Assembly (NCBI GenBank): GCA_035695245.1
Contig: DASSEQ010000265.1
Span: forward strand, 2,296-66,295
Reading direction: 5' to 3'
Length of the DNA: 64,000 bases
Source: Mycobacteriales bacterium
GTDB taxonomy: Bacteria; Actinomycetota; Actinomycetes; JAFAQI01
Shown: piece by piece, positions 57,947 to 64,000 of the stretch
Layout: every line of letters begins with the position of its first letter
Position numbering within the stretch: the first letter of the stretch is position 1
Program-made: the position numbers and the translations under genes
The notes under the pieces: model-generated
What the model saw: only the letters and a program-made list of their open reading frames with translations
Databases searched by the model: none
What the model was told of the DNA's origin: nothing

Positions 57947-58309
57947 TCAACGCGGCAGATCCGTGCGCAGGGCCGCTGCACCACGCAAGTACACGTGCCG
58001 TACGTCCTCGCGACTTCGATCGATCTCGGCATGCGCCAGAAGCCGAACCACCCGCGGCATCGCCCCCGGAACGTCGATCTCGGTGGCACACAGAAACGGG
58101 ACGTCGGTGATGCCGATCGCACGCGCGGCGTAGGCCGGGAACTCAGCCGTCAGGTCCGGCGTCGCGGTGAAGATCACGGAGATGAGCTGGTCGGGCTCGA
58201 CCTCATTGCGGGCCAGCACCTCCCGCACCAGTTCCGCGGTCGCCTCGATGACGTCGTCGCGATCGTTGCGATCCACCTGGATCGCTCCCCTGAGGGCGCG
58301 TACCGGCAC
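57947..58309 (-). CDS. aroH: chorismate mutase, AroH class
   Basis: VRALRGAIQV ... VIFTATPDLTAEFPA ... RHVYLRGAAALR matches the AroH family (about 120 aa). A GTG start with RBS AAGGAGG is preferred over the longer ORF beginning at 58432. Confidence 0.65.
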   Translation of the reverse strand: MPVRALRGAIQVDRNDRDDVIEATAELVREVLARNEVEPDQLISVIFTATPDLTAEFPAYAARAIGITDVPFLCATEIDVPGAMPRVVRLLAHAEIDRSREDVRHVYLRGAAALRTDLPR

Positions 58310-58444
58310 CGGTCCTCCTTCCGCCTGCGGCACCTTACCGAGCGGCCTGCGCACGCGCGATGCAGCGACAGCACGACGCAGCGACAGATGGCCATGTCGA
58401 TCTGCCGCCTGACGATCTGCCGAGTTATGCATCTGCGGAGATAG

Positions 58445-59194
58445 TTATAAGTCAGTGAGTCGATAAAGCGACTGCACTTCCGGCACGCTCAGCCGACGCA
58501 CCTTCCCCGGCGGGAGGTCGCCGAGTCGGATCGGCCCTATCGACGTCCTGACCAGCCGGCGAACCGGGTGGCCGGCCGCCCCGAACATCCTCCTGACCAC
58601 GTGCTTGCGACCTTCGTGCAACACGACCTCGACGCTGCTTCGTCGCGGCGTGGTGTCGACGATGGCAAACGAGTCGACGCGCGCCGGCCCATCGTCGAGC
58701 TCCACGCCTTGACGCAGCAGGCGCCCGAGCGCCCGCGGCGGCACGCCCTCGATCTCGACGAGGTAGCGCTTCGGCACCTCGTATGAGGGGTGCATCAGGC
58801 GATGACTGAGCGCGCCGTCGTTGGTGACCAGAAGCAAGCCCTCGCTGTCGACGTCGAGGCGCCCGACGTGATGCATCCCGCTCCCCCGGTCCCGGACGAG
58901 GTCCCCGACGCAGGAGCGGCCGGAAGCGTCCGACATCGCCGAGAGCATTCCGCGCGGCTTGTGCACTGCGAGATGAACGAGTCCGCCGGCGGTCGGCAGC
59001 CGGTCCCCGTCGACGCGAATGACGTCGCGAGCGGGATCGGCCCGCGTGCCCAGGCTGGCGGTGATGCCATTGACCTGGACACGCCCGGCCGCGATGAGCT
59101 CCTCGCAGGCGCGCCGACTGCCAAGGCCCGCTGACGCAAGGATCTTTTGCAGTCTGACTTCGCCCGCATCACCGTCAAGCCGACGTTGAGACAT
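58445..59194 (-). CDS. rluB: pseudouridine synthase (RluB/RsuA family)
   Basis: S4 domain (RLQKILASAGLGSRRACEELI) plus catalytic HVGRLDVDSEGLLLVTNDG. The start is at internal MSQRRLDG. Confidence 0.85.
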   Translation of the reverse strand: MSQRRLDGDAGEVRLQKILASAGLGSRRACEELIAAGRVQVNGITASLGTRADPARDVIRVDGDRLPTAGGLVHLAVHKPRGMLSAMSDASGRSCVGDLVRDRGSGMHHVGRLDVDSEGLLLVTNDGALSHRLMHPSYEVPKRYLVEIEGVPPRALGRLLRQGVELDDGPARVDSFAIVDTTPRRSSVEVVLHEGRKHVVRRMFGAAGHPVRRLVRTSIGPIRLGDLPPGKVRRLSVPEVQSLYRLTDL

Positions 59195-59771
59195 CTTCCT
59201 CGTCGAGTGAATAGGGGTCGGGCAGGTAGTCAGAAAGCGGCGGCAAATCGTCCAGGCTGGCGAGGCCCAGGCGCTCGAGAAAGTGCGACGTGGTGCCGTA
59301 GAGGATGGCCCCGGAGTCCGACTCACTGCCGACCTCCGTGACCAGACCACGGTTGACCAGCGTGCGCATCACCGCGTCGACGTTGACCCCCCGGATCGCA
59401 GCCACCCGGGATCGTGACACCGGCTGGCGGTAAGCGACGACGGCAAGCGTCTCGAGCGCGGCCTGGGTGAGCCGCGCCTGCTGGCCGTCACGCACGAACC
59501 GCTCGACGAAACCGGCGCAGCTGGCCCGGGTGTAGAAGCGCCAGCCGCCGGCCACGTTGCGCAGCTCGAACCCTCGCCCGCCGGCGTCGTAGTCCGCGGC
59601 CAGCTCGCGGAGCACTTGGGCGACCTCGTCGGTCGGACGCTCCACGACTTGGGCAAGCACGACCTCGGCGATGGGCTCGTCGACGACCAGCAGGACCGCC
59701 TCGAGCGCAGCCCGCAGCGGCGGGAGCTGCCCGTCATCCACTGGCGTCTGGGTCTCGTCCGGTTCGCTCAC
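59175..59771 (-). CDS. scpB: segregation and condensation protein B
   Basis: ScpB winged-helix repeats; overlaps scpA. Confidence 0.85.
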   Translation of the reverse strand: MSEPDETQTPVDDGQLPPLRAALEAVLLVVDEPIAEVVLAQVVERPTDEVAQVLRELAADYDAGGRGFELRNVAGGWRFYTRASCAGFVERFVRDGQQARLTQAALETLAVVAYRQPVSRSRVAAIRGVNVDAVMRTLVNRGLVTEVGSESDSGAILYGTTSHFLERLGLASLDDLPPLSDYLPDPYSLDEEDVSTSA

Positions 59772-60640
59772 TCGGCGTTCTCCTCCACCGCGTCATACTC
59801 GTCCGGCTCCCCCGTCTCGGCTGCCCACCGGGCCAGTTCGGCGTCGGCCGTGTCTGTCCCGACCCACCGCACGTGCAGCTCACCCAGCGCCACCACCTGT
59901 TCGAACGAGACCGCTCCCTCACGGTAGAGCTCGAGCAAGGCAAGGAAGCGGGCGACGACGACGAGGGTGGCGTCCGCGTCGGCGGTCAGCGTCCGGAAGG
60001 TGGCGGCGCCGAGATTCCGCAGCCGCCCGGCGAGCAGCACCGCCTGCTCGCGCACGCTGACCTTGGGCGCGTGCAGGTGACCCAGTTCGACGACGGGCGC
60101 CGGCTTGGGCACCATCGCCCGGGCCGCGATCGCCGCGAACTGCCGCGGGTCCACACCGAGAAGCACCTCGGGCAGGAGCTCGGCGAAGGCGGGTTCCATC
60201 GGCACCTGCCGGGGATGGCGCCCGGCCTCCGCGGCGAACCGTCCAGCGAGGATCGCGGCCAGCTGCTTGTAGGCGCGGTACTGCAGCAGTCGTGCGAAAA
60301 GCAGATCGCGCGCCTCGAGCAGGGCGAGATCGTCCTCGTCCTCGATCTCCGCGCTTGGCAAGAGCCGCGCCACCTTGAGGTCGAGCAATGTTGCTGCCAC
60401 AACGAGGAAACCGCTTGCCTGGTCGAGGTCCCAGTCATCCCCGTTGGCGCGGATGTGCGCCAGGAACTCATCCGTCACCTGGGCCAGCGCCACGAGGGTC
60501 ACGTCGAGTTGCTTGCGCGCGATCAGCGACAGCAACAGGTCGAAGGGACCTTCGAAGACCTCGAGATGAACGTGAAAGCCGTTACTGGCGGCCTCGTCCA
60601 CGGCGTCCGCGACGTTGCTGCCGGAGGCGGACGTGACCAC
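59768..60640 (-). CDS. scpA: segregation and condensation protein A
   Basis: FHVHLEVFEGPFDLLLSLI is the ScpA N-terminal signature. Confidence 0.85.
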   Translation of the reverse strand: MVTSASGSNVADAVDEAASNGFHVHLEVFEGPFDLLLSLIARKQLDVTLVALAQVTDEFLAHIRANGDDWDLDQASGFLVVAATLLDLKVARLLPSAEIEDEDDLALLEARDLLFARLLQYRAYKQLAAILAGRFAAEAGRHPRQVPMEPAFAELLPEVLLGVDPRQFAAIAARAMVPKPAPVVELGHLHAPKVSVREQAVLLAGRLRNLGAATFRTLTADADATLVVVARFLALLELYREGAVSFEQVVALGELHVRWVGTDTADAELARWAAETGEPDEYDAVEENAE

Positions 60641-60690
60641 GGGTCGACGCTAGCCGAGTCGGCACCTTGATCGCCGCCGGACGCGCCGCT

Positions 60691-61374
60691 CTAGGTGAGC
60701 CGCAGGAGCGGATCGCCCACGATGTCCAACAGAGCGAGCAACGCCGGCGACTGGCCCGCCAGCGGCAGGAGCAAGCCGACCAGGATCACCGCCACCCCCC
60801 ACGCCTGCTCGAGGAGGTGGTAGGCCACTCGGCGGGCGCCGGGCGTGCGCGGAAGCCTCGACCAGAGGAGCACGCCGAGCTCCAGCGGCGGGATCGGCAC
60901 CAGCGCGAGCAGCCCGCAGGCGAGGTTCTCCATCCCGAAGCCGACGGCGATCTGCGCTCCACTGCTCCCGAGCGAGAGCGAGCCATGCAGCACGTCCGAC
61001 ACATGGACGATGTGGCCGAGGACGGGCGGTCCGGAAAGCGCCTTGTACGCCGCGAACCCCACCACCGCGAGCGCCCCGTGAACGGCGAGAGCGACCGCCA
61101 AGAGGCCAAGCGCGCCGCGACCGGCCCGCGCGGGCGGGCGGGCCCCCCACCCGACACCGGCGATGACGGCGGCGACGGCGCCGTACGGGTCCAGGTAGGC
61201 ACCCCATCTGGCCGCCGGTCGAGCCCGCCCCACCGAACGCAGGCGTCGGCGACCGAGGGAGAGCCGGGCGCCGCTCGCGAGCTGCTGCTGCAGCGCCGCC
61301 CGGACGATGACGCCGATGAGGAAGCCAAGCAGCAGGCCGAGCAGGATCGCCGGGTGGCGGAGCGCGAAGAGCAC
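60691..61374 (-). CDS. integral membrane protein, site-2-protease (M50)-like with degenerate catalytic motifs
   Basis: Multiple TM helices; NLACGLLALVPIPPLELG resembles the M50 NxxPxxxLDG motif (LDG changed to LELG). No HExxH is found. Confidence 0.45.
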   Translation of the reverse strand: MLFALRHPAILLGLLLGFLIGVIVRAALQQQLASGARLSLGRRRLRSVGRARPAARWGAYLDPYGAVAAVIAGVGWGARPPARAGRGALGLLAVALAVHGALAVVGFAAYKALSGPPVLGHIVHVSDVLHGSLSLGSSGAQIAVGFGMENLACGLLALVPIPPLELGVLLWSRLPRTPGARRVAYHLLEQAWGVAVILVGLLLPLAGQSPALLALLDIVGDPLLRLT

Positions 61375-61389
61375 GTCTGGGCAGCCGGG

Positions 61390-61791
61390 TCAGAGTTCGC
61401 GCAGCCGACGCACGAGGATGCTGTCGGCACCTTTGGCCTCGAGGTCAGCGAGGACGACGGCGACTGCCTCGCGCACGATGCGACCGCGATCGACTGCCAT
61501 TCCGTGCGCCGCGCGCAGCTCCAGCCGCGCGTGTTCCAGCCCGAGGAGCTCTTCCGGCGACACGTAGACGGTGATCTTCTCGTCGTGCTTCTCCCGCCCG
61601 GACGGTCGGCTGGCGGCCGCCCGACTCGACACCGGGGTGGTCGAGCGCACCGAGGCCAGGCGCACCGGTCCGCCGGCTTCCGCGGCGGAGGCAACCGGGG
61701 TCGGCGCCGGCGCGGCTTCGCCGGATCGTTGCGCGCCGCCGGTGGCGCGAAACAGCTCGTCGGCGCCGGGCAGGGTCACCCGGCGAGACAA
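61390..61791 (-). CDS. hypothetical protein (133 aa)
   Basis: An ORF in the gap between parA and the membrane protein, overlapping the parA 3' end by 16 nt. The N-terminal half is low-complexity; the C-terminal 60 aa look structured. Confidence 0.35.
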   Translation of the reverse strand: MSRRVTLPGADELFRATGGAQRSGEAAPAPTPVASAAEAGGPVRLASVRSTTPVSSRAAASRPSGREKHDEKITVYVSPEELLGLEHARLELRAAHGMAVDRGRIVREAVAVVLADLEAKGADSILVRRLREL

Positions 61792-62666
61792 CGCGCCACC
61801 ACCTCTCGGGCGAGGTCCCGATAGGCGTTTGCCCCGGCTGATGACGGGGCGAACGACGTGATCGGCTCGCCCGCAACCGTCGTCTCGGGGAAGCGAACGG
61901 TGCGGTTGATCACCGTGTGGAAGACCTTGTCACCGAACGCCTCGACCACCCGAGCGAGAACCTCGCGCCCGTGCAGCGTCCGGCCGTCGTACATTGTGGC
62001 CAGGATCCCCTCGAGTTCGAGTTGAGGGTTAAGCCTTTCCCGCACCTTGTCTATTGTTTGGATCAACAGTGCGACGCCCCGCAGCGAAAAGAACTCGCAC
62101 TCCAGCGGAATGATCACCCCGTGCGCGGCGGTCAGGGCATTGATCGTGAGCAGGCCGAGAGAGGGCTGGCAGTCCACCAGCACCACGTCGTAGTCGGAGA
62201 GCACCGGTGCGAGCACCCGCTTCAGGGTCTGCTCGCGCGCGACCTCCCCGACGAGCTGCACCTCAGCGGCAGACAGATCGATGTTGCTCGGGAGCAGGTC
62301 CATCCCGGTGACGTTGGTCTTGAGCAGGATGTCATCGGCGGTGACGTCGCGTTCCATCAGGGAGTTGTAGATCGTCCGATCGAGCTCCATCGGGTTGACG
62401 CCGAGGCCGACGGACAAGGCACCCTGCGGGTCAAAGTCGACCAGGAGCACCCGCCGGCCGAAGTCGGCGAGCGCCGCTCCGAGGTTGATCGTCGTCGTCG
62501 TCTTGCCTACTCCGCCCTTCTGGTTGCACAGCGCGAGCACGCGGGCCGGGCCGTGCCGATCGACCGGCCGGGGATCGCGCAGCCGGGGCAACGGCCGGCC
62601 GGTGGCTCCGAGAACTCGCTCGGTCGAAGAACCCTTAGATGTCGACATATCGCTGAGTCGCTCCAT
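61776..62666 (-). CDS. parA: ParA-family ATPase
   Basis: Deviant Walker A KGGVGKTTT. The start is at internal MERLSDM (alternative 62648). Confidence 0.85.
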   Translation of the reverse strand: MERLSDMSTSKGSSTERVLGATGRPLPRLRDPRPVDRHGPARVLALCNQKGGVGKTTTTINLGAALADFGRRVLLVDFDPQGALSVGLGVNPMELDRTIYNSLMERDVTADDILLKTNVTGMDLLPSNIDLSAAEVQLVGEVAREQTLKRVLAPVLSDYDVVLVDCQPSLGLLTINALTAAHGVIIPLECEFFSLRGVALLIQTIDKVRERLNPQLELEGILATMYDGRTLHGREVLARVVEAFGDKVFHTVINRTVRFPETTVAGEPITSFAPSSAGANAYRDLAREVVARCLAG

Positions 62667-62770
62667 CGTTGTAGCGCCGGCACGACATCTCGATCTGCGT
62701 ACAGGTCGAGGAGTCGGCGACTCTAGTGCGCTGCGCGCAACCGCCGCAACCGGTTCGCCGTGGTTGACCG

Positions 62771-63697
<927 letters not shown>

Positions 63698-63731
63698 CGG
63701 CTCGGCCGTCTCGGCGCCGGGGTCAGCCGCA

Positions 63732-64000
63732 TCAAGCGCCAAGTAGCTGGTCCAGCTCGGTCCACGCGAGTCCGTGCGCTTCGGCGACCGGGCCGTAGAC
63801 GACGGTCCCATCGACGACGTTGACGCCTCGGGCCAACGCAACGTCGGCTTTGACCGCGTCGCGCCAGCCCATCGAGGCGATGCGCTCGGCGTACGGAAGG
63901 GTCACGTTGGTCAGCGCGTACGTCGACGTGTGCGGCACGGCCCCGGGCATGTTCGCGACGCAGTAGAAGATCGACCCGGCGACGGTGTAGGTCGGGTGCG
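63732..64000 (-). CDS. ald: alanine dehydrogenase, 3' end (partial; 5' end outside window)
   Basis: The C-terminal peptide ...[27 protein letters not shown]... is characteristic of L-alanine dehydrogenase (or the PntA dI domain). Confidence 0.55.
   Translation of the reverse strand, partial: HPTYTVAGSIFYCVANMPGAVPHTSTYALTNVTLPYAERIASMGWRDAVKADVALARGVNVVDGTVVYGPVAEAHGLAWTELDQLLGA

Noticed and set aside
56510-58444. 644-aa + strand ORF antisense to cmk/tyrA/aroH.
   Set aside because: Low-complexity R/G-rich translation, while three well-supported genes occupy the minus strand.
58445-58470. TAAGTCAGTG-N8 sequence resembling the PafBC-dependent RecA-NDp promoter motif (TGTCAGTG-N8-TAnnnT).
   Set aside because: It lies inside the rluB coding sequence at its 3' end, and no TAnnnT hexamer follows at the required spacing.

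Overview
Window of about 72% GC, 64 kb. Gene content and order match a core chromosomal region of an actinobacterium (Mycobacterium/Nocardioides-like synteny); no mobile elements or CRISPR arrays are visible.

Gene order, left to right:
- 1-18 kb: Pup-proteasome locus — prcA 3' end, pafA, then a roughly 14.7 kb block that splits pafA from pafB-pafC. The block carries a MerR regulator, an AurF-like diiron oxygenase, a secreted Ala/Ser-rich protein, a Liv-type ABC importer whose two permeases and two ATPases form one 1232-aa polypeptide, a ClC channel, a membrane class III adenylate cyclase, a DUF3866-like protein and a CrtI-like FAD oxidoreductase.
- 18-21 kb: a zinc-ribbon protein, a small membrane ORF, tatA-tatC and a DAGK-type lipid kinase.
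- 21-30 kb: helY, a 5'-3' exonuclease, a YciI-like protein, Xaa-Pro peptidase, an acyl-CoA dehydrogenase, a membrane GT2 glycosyltransferase and a DUF1697 protein.
- 30-37 kb: a small secreted protein, an Lrp/AsnC regulator and a CAP-domain protein, then a lysine-fermentation-type beta-lysine catabolic cluster (kamA divergent from kdd-kamD-kamE-kal).
- 37-42.6 kb: lnt, ppm1, rbpA, a sulfotransferase, a HAD phosphatase and a small DUF5999-like ORF.
- 42.6-64 kb, all on the minus strand: gcvP with a glycine riboswitch, MerR/DUF151/MerR, a garA homolog carrying an extra N-terminal zinc ribbon, gcvH, DUF881-sbp-DUF881, a ManC–PMM-like fusion, pgsA, tRNA-Pro(GGG), der, plsC, cmk, tyrA, aroH, rluB, scpB, scpA, a degenerate M50-like membrane protein, a small hypothetical, parA, xerD and an ald 3' fragment.

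Most worth a second look:
- the cargo block inserted inside the paf operon, with two CRP-type TGTGA-N6-TCACA sites and a MerR-type 19-bp-spacer promoter;
- the lysine aminomutase cluster with a divergent operator palindrome;
- the fully fused ABC importer;
- the zinc-ribbon GarA.

Many long six-frame ORFs are antisense or alternate-frame artefacts of the high GC content and were rejected.
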